Assembly: GCA_963697335.1 (NCBI GenBank)
Contig: CAVONQ010000008.1
Coordinates: forward strand, 54,487-118,486
Origin: an uncultured cyanobacterium
Lineage (GTDB): Bacteria > Cyanobacteriota > Cyanobacteriia > PCC-6307 > Cyanobiaceae
Direction: 5' to 3'
Length of the DNA stretch: 64,000 bases
Shown: positions 51,467 through 61,260 of the stretch, in pieces
Position numbering within the stretch: position 1 is the stretch's first letter
Layout: the number at the start of each line of letters is the position of its first letter
Program-made: the position numbers and the translations under genes
The notes under the pieces: model-generated
What the model was told of the DNA's origin: nothing
Databases searched by the model: none
The model's input: the letters and a program-made list of their open reading frames with translations, nothing else

Positions 51467-53521
51467 GTGAGCACCCCTCCCCTGATCCAGCAACCCGAGC
51501 GGCTGGCGGCCCGGCTCAAGGAGGTTCCCTCCGAGCCTGGCTGCTATCTGCTGCGGGACAGCGAAGACCGCATCCTCTACATCGGCAAGGCCAAGGTGCT
51601 GCGCCAGCGTGTGCGCAGCTACTTCCAGAGCGGCAGCGGTCACGGCCACAGCCCCCGCATCGCCCTGATGGTGCGGCAGGTGTGCGAGCTGGAGTTCATC
51701 GTCACCGACAGCGAGGCCGAGGCCCTGGCCCTCGAGTCCAACCTGATCAAGCACCACCAGCCGCACTTCAACGTGCTGCTCAAGGACGACAAGAAATACC
51801 CCTACCTCTGCATCACCTGGAGCGAGCCCTACCCCCGCATCTTCATCACCCGCCAGCGCCGGTTCCGCTCCCCCCTGGATCGCTTCTACGGCCCCTACGT
51901 GGACGTGGGCCTGCTGCGCCGCACCCTCGCCGTGGTCAAGCGGGTGTTCCCCCTGCGCCAGCGGCCCCGGCCTCTCTACCGCGACCGCACCTGCCTCAAC
52001 TTCGACATCGGCCGCTGCCCGGGGGTGTGTCAGCAGAAGATCAGCTCCGAGGATTACCACCAGACCCTGCGCCAGGTGGCAATGGTGTTCCAGGGACGCA
52101 ACGACGAGCTGCTGGCCCTGCTGCAGGGCCAGATGGAGCGCTACGCCGAGCGGCTCGATTTCGAGAGTGCCGCCCGGGTGCGGGATCAGTTGCAGGGCAT
52201 CGACACCCTCACGGCCGACCAGAAGATGAGCAGCGGCGACAGCTCGGTGAGCCGCGACGTGGTGGCCCTGGCCGCCGGCGAACGGGTGGCCGCGGTGCAG
52301 CTGTTCCAGGTGCGGGCCGGAAAGCTGGTGGGACGGCTGGGCTACATGGCGGAGGTCACGGACCTTCCAGCCCTCGAGGAGACCAGCGGCGGAGAGCCGC
52401 TGCCCGCCTCGCCTGAGCGCCAGGCAGCTCTGGGGCGCATCCTGCAGCGGGTGGTGGAGGAGCACTACAGCCAGGTGGAGGCCGTGGAGATCCCGCCGGA
52501 GCTGCTGCTGCAGTTTCCCCTGCCCCAGCAGGAGCTGATCAGCAGCTGGCTGAGTGAGCAGCGGGGGCGCAAGGTGCGGCTGGCGGTGCCCCAGCGCCAG
52601 CAGAAGGCCGAGATGATCGATCTGGTGGTGCGCAACGCCAGCTATGAGCTGCTGCGGGCCGAGCGGGCCAGCGAACAGAACCTGCTGGCCACGGAGGATC
52701 TGGCCCAGCTGCTGGAGCTCACGGCGGCGCCGCGCCGGGTGGAGGGCTACGACATCAGCCACATCCAGGGCAGCGACGCGGTGGCCTCCCAGGTGGTGTT
52801 CATCGATGGTCTGCCGGCCAAGCACCACTACCGCAAGTACAGGATCCAGAGCAGTTCGATCCGCTCCGGCCACTCCGACGACTTCATGGCCATGGCCGAG
52901 ATCATGCGGCGCCGTTTCCGCCGCTGGGCCCAGGCCAAGGCCGAGGGCGCTGACCTGCTGGAGCTGCGTCGTCAGGCCGGCACCGCCCTGCACACGGGCG
53001 GCCTCAACGACTGGCCCGATGTGGTGATGATCGACGGCGGCAAGGGTCAGCTCTCTGCCGTGATGGAGGCGCTGCGGGAACTCAACCTCCACGACGACCT
53101 GGTGGTGTGTTCCCTGGCCAAGCAGCGGGAGGAGGTGTTCGTGCCGGGGGCGACCAGCCCGCTCGAGAGTGAGCCCGAACAGCTGGGGCTGCAGCTGCTG
53201 CGGCGGCTACGCGATGAGGCCCACCGCTTCGCGGTGAGTTTCCACCGCCAGCAGCGGGGCGAGCGCATGAAGCGCTCGCGGCTCTCCGACATCTCCGGCC
53301 TAGGCCCCAAGCGGGTCAAGGACCTGCTGGCCCATTTCCGCTCGATCGATGCCATCCAGCTGGCCAGCCCCGAGCAGATCGCCACCGCCCCCGGCATGGG
53401 GCCGGCCCTGGCCCGCCAGGTGTGGGAGTACTTCCACCCCCAGAGCGAGCCGGAGAGCAGCGAGAGGGGGGAGCCGCCAGCCGAGCGGGAGGCTGATCAG
53501 CCCCTGGAGCTGGCCGGTTGA
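51467..53521 (+). CDS. uvrC: Excinuclease ABC subunit C
   Basis: [46 protein letters not shown], HhH. Confidence 0.96.
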   Translation: MSTPPLIQQPERLAARLKEVPSEPGCYLLRDSEDRILYIGKAKVLRQRVRSYFQSGSGHGHSPRIALMVRQVCELEFIVTDSEAEALALESNLIKHHQPHFNVLLKDDKKYPYLCITWSEPYPRIFITRQRRFRSPLDRFYGPYVDVGLLRRTLAVVKRVFPLRQRPRPLYRDRTCLNFDIGRCPGVCQQKISSEDYHQTLRQVAMVFQGRNDELLALLQGQMERYAERLDFESAARVRDQLQGIDTLTADQKMSSGDSSVSRDVVALAAGERVAAVQLFQVRAGKLVGRLGYMAEVTDLPALEETSGGEPLPASPERQAALGRILQRVVEEHYSQVEAVEIPPELLLQFPLPQQELISSWLSEQRGRKVRLAVPQRQQKAEMIDLVVRNASYELLRAERASEQNLLATEDLAQLLELTAAPRRVEGYDISHIQGSDAVASQVVFIDGLPAKHHYRKYRIQSSSIRSGHSDDFMAMAEIMRRRFRRWAQAKAEGADLLELRRQAGTALHTGGLNDWPDVVMIDGGKGQLSAVMEALRELNLHDDLVVCSLAKQREEVFVPGATSPLESEPEQLGLQLLRRLRDEAHRFAVSFHRQQRGERMKRSRLSDISGLGPKRVKDLLAHFRSIDAIQLASPEQIATAPGMGPALARQVWEYFHPQSEPESSERGEPPAEREADQPLELAG

Positions 53522-53865
53522 GGCACCCCACCGCTCAGCGAGGCCCTGGGCGGCCCTGGCCCCTGCTGGTTGCCCTGGTGCTGGTCGGCCTGCTCCAGCT
53601 CGCCACCCTGCTGGTGCCTGCGTCGGCCCTGGCTGCACCGGGGCTCTGCGTGGGGCCGGTGTGCGCCGATGAGATCACCCGGAGTGCCAAGCACCACTGG
53701 CAGCTGCGGCTGCGGGTGGACGACCAGCGGGGCCATCGGGAGCGGCTGGTGGTGGACTGCCGCGACGGCCACCTCAGCCCCGAGAGCGGCACGGTGGAGA
53801 GGGGCTACGCGGCGGCTGTGGCCCGCCGCGCCTGCCGTCTGGCGGGCGAGGGCTCCCAGGGCTGA
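53518..53865 (+). CDS. Small secreted Cys-containing hypothetical protein
   Basis: Signal peptide; CVGPVC...DC...RAC. Overlaps the uvrC stop. Confidence 0.6.
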   Translation: MRHPTAQRGPGRPWPLLVALVLVGLLQLATLLVPASALAAPGLCVGPVCADEITRSAKHHWQLRLRVDDQRGHRERLVVDCRDGHLSPESGTVERGYAAAVARRACRLAGEGSQG

Positions 53866-53955
53866 TCGTCTCGGCTTGAGACTGATCAACAGGTTCTCTG
53901 CCCTTGGGATTCATCGGTTTGGATAGATCAACGCAGCAAGGGCCTGGGGGGGACC

Positions 53956-56172
53956 ATGCATGACCCCGGATCCAGGCACCGGTCCGAGACCGAACCCCAA
54001 ACCCTGGGCCGGGCCCAGGAGCTGCTGGCGCAGCTGACCACGGCCGAGAAGCTGGCCCTGCTCGATGGCGATACTCCATTTTGGGCAGGCATGGCGGACA
54101 TCGCCCTCCATCAGGCCTCCCACCGCCATCCCTGGCCGTCCGGGCAGGTGCCCCGGCTTGGCTTGACAGGCCTTCACTTCGTCGACGGCCCCCGCGGCGT
54201 GGTGCTCGAGGGCGGCGCCACCACGTTCCCCGTGCCGATGGCGCGCGGTGCCTGCTGGGACCCCGACCTGGAGGAGCGCATCGGCGAGGCCATCGCCCTC
54301 GAGGCCCGATCCTTCGGGGCCAACTGGGTGGCCGCAGTGTGCATCAACCTGCTGCGCCACCCTGGCTGGGGCAGGGCCCAGGAGACCTACGGGGAGGACC
54401 CGGTGCACGTGGGCGCCCTGGGCGCCGCCATGACCCGGGGGCTGGAACGCCATGCAGTGGCCTGCGTCAAGCACTTCGCCCTCAACTCGATCGACAGCTC
54501 CCGCTTCCTCGTGGACGTGCAGGTGAGTGCGCGGGCGCTGCAGGAGCTCTATCTTCCCCACTTCCGCGATTGCGTGGAAGCGGGCGCCGGCTCGGTGATG
54601 AGCGCCTACAACCAGGTCAACGGCCTCTGGTGCGGTCAGCAGCCTGAGCTGCTGCGGCGGATCCTCAAGGAGCGGTGGGGATTCGGAGGCTTCGTGGTCA
54701 CCGATTTCATCTTCGGCCTTCGGGATGGCGTCGCCGCCCTGCTGGCGGGCCAGGACCTGGAAATGCCTTTCCCCATGGTGTTCGCAGGCTGCCTCCCCGA
54801 GGCTGTGGCCGACGGCCGGGTGCCGATGGGGTGTGTCGACGAGGCCGTGCTGCGGCTGCTCCAGGTGCAACTGGCGGTACCCCCAGGGGCGTATCCGGCC
54901 TCGCTTCGCTCCTGTGAGGCGCATCGGGCCCTGGCCCGCGAAGCGGCCACCAGCTCGATCGTGCTGCTGCGTAACGAAGGGCAGGTGCTGCCCTTCCGCG
55001 GCCTCAACTCCCTGGCTGTGATCGGCCGGCTGGCGTCGGTCGCGAATCTGGGGGACCGGGGCTCCTCAGACACCAGACCCCTGCCCGGGGCCGTGGTGAC
55101 CCCGCTGGAGGGGTTGCGCTCAGCAGCTCCAGAGCTGCGGATCGAGCAGGCCAGCGACGGCAGCCCCCAGACGGCCGCGGAGCTGGCGGCCCGCTGTGAC
55201 GCCGCGGTGGTGGTGACCGGTCTGGACTGGCGCCTTGAGGGGGAGCACATCCACCCGGGGGACATTGCCCCGATTCTGCGTCTGGTTCCTCCGCCCGGCT
55301 GGTTGCTGCGGCTGCTGGGGCGGCGCCGGCTGATGCCGCTGTGGCGGCCCGTCGCCGAGCTGCTGGCCTGGATCACCAGCTTCGCCTCTGCCCGCCGGGG
55401 CGGCGACTTTGCCGCTGGAGATCGCACCGATCTGACCCTGCCGGCTGATCAGGTGGCCCTGATTCGCCAGGTCGCCGCCGCCAATCCACGCACCGTGGTG
55501 GTGCTGATGGGTGGTGGCGGCCTGCTGATCGAGGCATGGCGGCAGCTGGTTCCTGGCCTGCTGTTGCTCTGGTATCCCGGCGAGCAAGGCGGTGCTGCTC
55601 TGGCCGATGTGCTGCTCGGCCGGGTGTCACCCTCTGGCCGCCTGCCCTTCTCAATGGCGACCGACGCCTCCCACCTTCCCCCCTTCGAGCCGCGGGCGCG
55701 GCGGGTCGTTTACGACCTCTGGCATGGCTACCGGCGCCTGCAGCAGGACGGCCACCCCGCCGCCTTTCCGTTCGGCTTCGGGTTGTCCTACAGCCAGTTC
55801 ATGGCGTCGGACCTGACAGCCGAGATCCAGCGTGCTGATGGCCGGATGACGCAGCTGCAGGCGAGCGTGACCATCACCAACACAGGCGAGGTGGAGGCAG
55901 CGGAGGTGGTCCAGCTCTACCTGGAACCACCCGCTCGGGAGGTGGAGCGTCCGGTACGGACGCTGGTGGCGTTTCAACGTTTGTTCCTGGCCGCCGGAGC
56001 AGCCCGGCGCATCACATTGGCGGTCCCGCTGCGCACCTGCGCCACATTCGATCCGAGCCGGGATGGCTTCGTGACCGAAGCAGGGGTCCATCGGCTGGTG
56101 GTAGCCAGGCACGTGGACGACGAGGGCCTGGCAGTGGGGTTGAACCTGGATGCGGCGCTCGTGTGCCGTTGA
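53956..56172 (+). CDS. GH3 beta-glucosidase
   Basis: DGPRGV, GRAQETYGEDP, KHF, MSAYN, VVTDF, WYPG, FPFGFGLSY, Fn3-like C-terminus. Confidence 0.92.
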   Translation: MHDPGSRHRSETEPQTLGRAQELLAQLTTAEKLALLDGDTPFWAGMADIALHQASHRHPWPSGQVPRLGLTGLHFVDGPRGVVLEGGATTFPVPMARGACWDPDLEERIGEAIALEARSFGANWVAAVCINLLRHPGWGRAQETYGEDPVHVGALGAAMTRGLERHAVACVKHFALNSIDSSRFLVDVQVSARALQELYLPHFRDCVEAGAGSVMSAYNQVNGLWCGQQPELLRRILKERWGFGGFVVTDFIFGLRDGVAALLAGQDLEMPFPMVFAGCLPEAVADGRVPMGCVDEAVLRLLQVQLAVPPGAYPASLRSCEAHRALAREAATSSIVLLRNEGQVLPFRGLNSLAVIGRLASVANLGDRGSSDTRPLPGAVVTPLEGLRSAAPELRIEQASDGSPQTAAELAARCDAAVVVTGLDWRLEGEHIHPGDIAPILRLVPPPGWLLRLLGRRRLMPLWRPVAELLAWITSFASARRGGDFAAGDRTDLTLPADQVALIRQVAAANPRTVVVLMGGGGLLIEAWRQLVPGLLLLWYPGEQGGAALADVLLGRVSPSGRLPFSMATDASHLPPFEPRARRVVYDLWHGYRRLQQDGHPAAFPFGFGLSYSQFMASDLTAEIQRADGRMTQLQASVTITNTGEVEAAEVVQLYLEPPAREVERPVRTLVAFQRLFLAAGAARRITLAVPLRTCATFDPSRDGFVTEAGVHRLVVARHVDDEGLAVGLNLDAALVCR

Positions 56173-56179
56173 ACCCCGT

Positions 56180-56683
56180 TCAGGGCCGATCGCTGGGGGG
56201 GCGGCCGCAGGGTGTCCGGCTCAGCGTTCTGCCCAGGCGCAGGCGGTTGTAGCGCTGCAGCAGCAGGCACGGCAGGTTGAACAGGGTCGCGAAGACCAGA
56301 TTGACCAGCACCCCAGAAGGGGGCAGCCATAGGGCCGTGACCATCCAGGCGGGCCAGAGGGCCCAGTGCACCAGCTCGGCCCGGCGGGTTTCCAGGCTCA
56401 GCCGTTGCAGGGCCACTGGGTCTCTGCGGGCCAGACTCGCCTTGCGAATCCCCCCCGGCAGAGCAGCGCCGGCATCGGGGATCCAGGGTTTCCAGATTCG
56501 GATCCCCAGCCATTGTTCATAGAGGCGCAGTGCTGCCCCACGGGGCTGTTCTGGCTGGCGGGGATCACGCCGGCCCAACAGCCGATCCGGCAGCTGGTTG
56601 GCGAGCGCCCCGATCAGCAGCGACCAGACCAGCCACAGCGTCGCCGTCGCGGCCACCGCCTCCAACCCGTTGACCGCTTCCAT
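56180..56683 (-). CDS. CrtO-like (staphyloxanthin-type) glycosyl-carotenoid acyltransferase
   Basis: IRIWKPWIPDAG, ETRRAELVHW, NLPCLLLQRYNRLRL. Confidence 0.78.
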   Translation of the reverse strand: MEAVNGLEAVAATATLWLVWSLLIGALANQLPDRLLGRRDPRQPEQPRGAALRLYEQWLGIRIWKPWIPDAGAALPGGIRKASLARRDPVALQRLSLETRRAELVHWALWPAWMVTALWLPPSGVLVNLVFATLFNLPCLLLQRYNRLRLGRTLSRTPCGRPPSDRP

Positions 56684-57777
56684 CAGCGCGTGCTGAAGGT
56701 GCGCCCCTTCCAGCGCACCTGGCCCCGCTCGAGGTTGAGGATCGCCTGCAGAAATACCGCCAGGAAAAACACCACCGGGATCGGAAACACCAGGTTGATC
56801 CAGGTGAATCCCCCAACGGGCCGGGTGATCACCAGCAGTTGGAGCGCGTAGGCCCCGTAGACCAGCCCGTTGCTGAGCAGGGCGTGGTCACCCACCAGCG
56901 GCCAGCCCAGGAGCGAAGCCGGCAGGCACCAGGCGGCCCAGAACAGTCCGGAGAGCCAGAGCACCACCGCCAGCATCCATATCCAGCGCACTTCTCCTGC
57001 GGCGGTGGCGAAATTTTTATTGAACCCCACCACCATGTCTCCGAGGCCTCCCGGATACATGCGGTAGGCGATCTGTCCATGACCGAGGAAAGCACTCACC
57101 GGCAGACCCGACTGTTCGTAGGCATGGCCCAGGAACCAGTCCTCGACGACCTTGCCGGCGACGGTCTCATGGCCGCCGCTGCGGTTGTAGTCGGCGCGGC
57201 TGGTGACCATCGCCGGCCCGAAGGCCACGCCACAGTTGGCTCCCAGGGGTACGGCCATCAGCCCCACCAGGTTGAACAGCAGGGAGAGCTGCTCATAGGG
57301 CTTTTCGGTGCGGTGGTATGGCTGCACCGTCACCAACCCACCGAGCTGCTGGTGCGCCGCCACCAGGCCCTGCAGGAAGTCAGGGGTGGGCTCCGTGTCC
57401 GCATCCAGGAACACCAACAGCTCCCCCCGACTGGCCAACACGCCGTTGTGCAGGGCCCAGGTCTTGCCGCACCAGCCCTGGGGCAGGGAGGGCGCAGAGC
57501 ACACGGTCACCGCCAGGCCGCTCCAGGGCTGAGCGGCGATAGCTGGGGTGCGATCCGTGGAGTGGTCGTCCACCACGATCACCTCCAGGGGCATGAGGCT
57601 CTGTCGGGCGAGACCATCGAGCAGATGCGGAAGCGTCGACTCCTCGTTGCGGGCGGGGATCAGCACCGACACCGAGAGAGGTTCAACAGGCGAGCCGGCC
57701 GGAAGAACGGGTAGGCGCAATCCCAGGACCCAGCCCAGCAGCCAGCGCACCAAAATTGAAACGCCAACCAAGCCCAT
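56683..57777 (-). CDS. GT2 glycosyltransferase, CrtQ/CruG-like
   Basis: IPARNEE, DDHSTD.T, GWCGK.WA, FLDAD, FGP, VVED, RMYPGG, GFNKNF, WKGR. Confidence 0.85.
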   Translation of the reverse strand: MGLVGVSILVRWLLGWVLGLRLPVLPAGSPVEPLSVSVLIPARNEESTLPHLLDGLARQSLMPLEVIVVDDHSTDRTPAIAAQPWSGLAVTVCSAPSLPQGWCGKTWALHNGVLASRGELLVFLDADTEPTPDFLQGLVAAHQQLGGLVTVQPYHRTEKPYEQLSLLFNLVGLMAVPLGANCGVAFGPAMVTSRADYNRSGGHETVAGKVVEDWFLGHAYEQSGLPVSAFLGHGQIAYRMYPGGLGDMVVGFNKNFATAAGEVRWIWMLAVVLWLSGLFWAAWCLPASLLGWPLVGDHALLSNGLVYGAYALQLLVITRPVGGFTWINLVFPIPVVFFLAVFLQAILNLERGQVRWKGRTFSTR

Positions 57778-57835
57778 GGATGGTTCAGTCGCCGTACTGA
57801 TCAACCCTATTGGCAGGTGGCTCAACAGGTCGGCA

Positions 57836-58456
57836 TCACGCCCGAAGCAATTCCTGGACCAGGGGCCTGATGGCAGCCTGATCACGCAGCAGCTGGGGGT
57901 GTGTCGCCACCGGCAGCTCCGTGCGAGCGCCGATCGGCAGGACGGCGCGCCATCCCGGCAGCACGGCCAGATCGATGGCGGAGTAAAAGCTGTGGCACTC
58001 GATCCGGTGGAGGGTGTCGAGGTTGCCGTTGAGGCGCTCCAGCAGGCCGCTGCCCCACTTCAGACCAGCGATGCCTTTGAACAGGCGCCCGGGCCAAGGC
58101 TGAGCCGTGAGCGTTCCCTGCTGGGGACTGCCCACGCTGATGAAGCGCCGTGTGCGCTGGTGTCCCTCCAGCAGCTGGATCCAGCTGCGGGCAATGACCC
58201 CACCGATCGAAAAGCCGAGCAGGTCGATCGGCTGCTCCATCCCGAAGGTTGCCTGAATGTGGCCACCGAGCAGCTCAGCCGCCTGTTCGATCGGGGTGAG
58301 GCCGAAGCGCAGGGGAAGGGCAGGGATCAACAGATGCGGTCGTCGCTCCCCCAGCGCCTGCCGGAGCTTGTTGAACACCGCTGGGCTGTCGAGCAACCCG
58401 TGAACCAGAACCAGGGGAGGATTCGTGATTGGGAACCGTGCTGATACCAGGCCCAT
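57836..58456 (-). CDS. Alpha/beta-hydrolase (lipase/esterase)
   Basis: LVHGL, GFSIG (GxSxG), GSPQQGT, D and H of the triad. Confidence 0.85.
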   Translation of the reverse strand: MGLVSARFPITNPPLVLVHGLLDSPAVFNKLRQALGERRPHLLIPALPLRFGLTPIEQAAELLGGHIQATFGMEQPIDLLGFSIGGVIARSWIQLLEGHQRTRRFISVGSPQQGTLTAQPWPGRLFKGIAGLKWGSGLLERLNGNLDTLHRIECHSFYSAIDLAVLPGWRAVLPIGARTELPVATHPQLLRDQAAIRPLVQELLRA

Positions 58457-59273
58457 TCAAGACCACTGCCCCTCGAGGCTGCGAGGCTCGATGGGTGGAT
58501 CTCCCCTCCCCCAGCCCTGTTCAGCCTCTCGAATGGCTTCGCATCCTCCTCAAGGAACCATAAGGCCCGGAAACGCAGGACAACCAACTCCTGATCGAAA
58601 GTGACGTGACCCCCTTTATCTGTCCAGGCCTTATGAGAATGGGTGGTCATGGTCATGCGGCAGCTCCCTGCTGAGCTGCCTCCAGGGGCGTACGCCTCTG
58701 GAGGACCGAGTGAGGCTTGAACGTGTTGTACTCCCATCTCCAGCGATCGGCGAGGAGTTGAGCCTCTGGTGCTGTGGTGAACAGCTCAGTGTTGAAGAAC
58801 TCATCCCGGAATCGTCCATTGAACGACTCCGCAAAGCCGTTCTCCCACGGGGACGCCGGCTCGATGTAGGCCGTGCTGGTGGTGCTGCGGGCCTCACACC
58901 AGACGCGAAGAGCCTGGGCAATGAACTCCTGCCCGTTGTCCGATCGGATGAACGCTGGCGCCGGGTCGAGGCTGCTGAGATCCTCCAGCACCGCCACCAG
59001 ACCCTTGGCCTTGCAGCGCCTGCCCACCCGGATGGCCAGGCAGAGGCGGCTGTGCTCGTCGATCACGTTCACAGGAACTTGAGTCTGCGGCCATCGGCCG
59101 TGGAGTCGAACTGGAAATCCATGGCCCACACCTGGTGGGGATGCTCGGCTCGGTGACGCCTCACCGAGCCGTCCGCGGGCCGGTGCCCGCTTGCGCTTCC
59201 TGGGGGTAGGCCGCTGCAGGCCTTCCTCCTGCCGGATCAGGCGGTTGGCCATGCGGCGGCCCCAGCGAATGTG

Positions 59274-59302
59274 CGTCGCACCGCGATGTGCTTGCAGCGC
59301 AA
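59274..59302. repeat. Micro-insertion type B, copy 1
   Basis: CGTCGCACCGCGATGTGC, 17/18 identical to the copy at 59328. Confidence 0.6.
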
Positions 59303-59327
59303 CGACGCTCCGGGCTCAGAAGTTTCC

Positions 59328-59356
59328 CGTCGCACCGCGAGGTGCGCCTCACGGCG
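59328..59356. repeat. Micro-insertion type B, copy 2
   Basis: GCACC-GCGA-GGTGC and CGCC-TCAC-GGCG hairpins interrupting the OrfA end (DLA|GNF*). Confidence 0.65.
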
Positions 59357-59366
59357 CAGCAAGGTC

Positions 59367-59393
59367 CTACGGCTTCGCAGAAACCTTCGGCTA
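59367..59393. repeat. Micro-insertion type A, copy 1 (27 nt)
   Basis: CTACGGCTTCGCAGAAACCTTCGGCTA inside IS3 OrfA. Confidence 0.8.
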
Positions 59394-59509
59394 GAGCATC
59401 GCCTTCTCCGGCTCTGCTTCTGCCAGCAGCTTTTTGAGCCGGGCGTTTTCCTTCTCCAGCTGGGTCAGTCGCCTGGCTTCCTCGGCCTGCATTCCGCCGT
59501 ACTGCTGTC

Positions 59510-59760
59510 TCCAGCAGCAGCTGCTCTGGCGGCACCGAGGGCCGGCCCTCTGCGGCGTAGAGCTCACAGAAGGTGGGATTGAGTCGATCGAGAGCCTGAT
59601 CCGCCAGTTTCCGAATCCGCCGCAGCGGATGACTGGCCGGGATCCGCTCCTCAATCGACACGTAGGAGAACAGGGAGCCGCTGCTCTCCCGGTGACCTCG
59701 CATCTCAGATGGGCAGTTGGCCCATTTTCGCAGAGATGGCCGGGTTTTTCAGCAAACTCC
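59510..59760 (-). mobile_element. IS5-family 5' fragment
   Basis: End GGAGTTTGCTGAAAAA next to CTAG; MRG....LFSYVSIEERIP..HPLR..GRPSVPPEQLL, then truncated. Confidence 0.82.
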
Positions 59761-59897
59761 TAGTGTCCCGTCCCGGAGATTTGCGAGCAAAGTCGCTGGA
59801 GCTTCTGGAGGATTGAATCCGCCGTGGCGGTCCAGTTGAACGGAGCCTTGGTCTTGTTGTAGGCCGCCACGAACTGCTCGATCTTAGCGATCAGTTC

Positions 59898-59924
59898 CTA
59901 CTGCTTCGCAGAAGCCTTTGGCTA
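59898..59924. repeat. Micro-insertion type A, copy 2 (27 nt)
   Basis: CTACTGCTTCGCAGAAGCCTTTGGCTA inside the IS630 transposase. Confidence 0.8.
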
Positions 59925-60431
59925 GACGCTGGAGAAGCTGCCTCGCCGGATCGCCCGCTGGGTGATGATCCCGAACCAGCGCTCGACCTGGTTCAGCCAG
60001 GAGGCGTAGGTCGGCGTGTAGTGCACGTGGAAGCGGGGCCGCTGCGCCAACCAGGACCTGACCTTGGCGTGCTTGTGGGTGCAGTAGTTGTCCACCACCA
60101 GATGGATGTCCAGGCCCTCGGGGACGGACGTGTCGATCTGGCGCAGGAAGCCCAGGAACTCCTGGTGCCATGGCGGGGCTTGCACTGGGTGATCACCTCT
60201 CCGGTGGCGATGTCGAGGGCGGCGAACAGGGTGATGGTGCCATGTCGGACATAGTCGTGCGTCCGCCTCTCCGTAGTCCGGGCCCATCGGCAACAGCGGT
60301 TGGGTGCGGTCCAGCGCTTGGATCTGGGTCTTCTCGTCGATGCACAGCACCATCGCCTTGTCCGGCGGGTTCAGGTAGAGGCCGACGATGTCCCTGACCT
60401 TCTCCACAAGAACGGATCGGTGGAGAGCTTG

Positions 60432-60460
60432 TAGCCGAAGGCTTCCGCGCGAAGCGGTGG
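60432..60460. repeat. Micro-insertion type A, copy 3 (29 nt, opposite orientation)
   Basis: TAGCCGAAGGCTTCCGCGCGAAGCGGTGG between HRQKH and KLSTDP of IS630. Confidence 0.72.
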
Positions 60461-61260
60461 TGTTTCTGCCGGTGCGGCTGGACCGAGAAGGACTGCAGCC
60501 AGCGGTGAACCGTGGTCTTGGAGATGCCCGTCGCCGCAGCCAGGGAGCGGGCACTCCATTGAGTGCTGCCGTCGGGGGGCCTGGTCTGCAGAGGCCCGGT
60601 TCGATCACCTCGGCCACCGTGTCGTCCTCGTAGGGCGAGGACGCCCTGGACGCAGCTCGTCATGCAGACCTTCCAGACCCAGCTCCCGGTGCGCTCGCGC
60701 CACTTGCCGACGGTCATGCCCGTCAGGCCCATGCGGTTGGCGATCGATGTGTTGGTTTCGCCGCAGCACCGTACGCGAGCACGATCTGGGCACGCTGAAC
60801 GATCGAATGCGGTAAGGAGCGAGAGCTGGCGATGCTCTGTAGTTGCTGAACATCGTCGTTGCTGAGAACCAGAGGGGCCATCGGACGACCAAGCGACACG
60901 GAGCGCCCAGGGAGACGCTACTTATTTTATCAGTTACTTGCGAGACAGTACATTAGTTGGGCCCATTTTCATATCGCCAGCGCTTCACCAGTGGATGTCG
61001 CTTGAGGCGAGGTGCTGCCAAGGAGCTGGACTTCCAGCAGATCCATCCCGCCGCTGGGCAGCGGGGGCAGCAGAGGTTCACTTGGTGGGGCGCTGAAGGT
61101 TGCTGGCTTGCTGCTCAATCCCTGGCTGATGGGGTAGCGGCTGGTGGCGGACTGCTCACCCGTCGATGCGCTGGCCGCAGTGGCGATGGTAGTGCTGGTC
61201 TGACTCGATCGCTCCATGGAGGCCGGGCCTACCCGGGCTCGCTGGCCTGCGTGGTGAGGG

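Larger units (their letters stand above)
58602..59512 (-). mobile_element. IS3-family element, decayed, left end lost
   Basis: OrfA tail QYGGM..EKENARLKKL; OrfB IDEHSR, RSDNG.EF, PWENGFAESFN. Right end TGACGTGACCCC at 58602. Confidence 0.88.
59761..60955 (-). mobile_element. IS630-family element, full length but frameshifted, TA-flanked
   Basis: Transposase from 60899 to 59760: [33 protein letters not shown]. Imperfect IRs TAGTGTCCCGTCCCG / TAATGTACTGTCTCG. Confidence 0.9.

Noticed and set aside
59714..60970. Near-direct repeat AGTTGG(G)CCCATTTTC at about 59715 and 60955
   Set aside because: One copy is inside the IS5 end and the geometry does not fit a target-site duplication; probably coincidence.
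60969..61217. 82-aa Ser/Thr/Pro-rich ORF next to IS630
   Set aside because: No motif or other support; could be spurious or a remnant.
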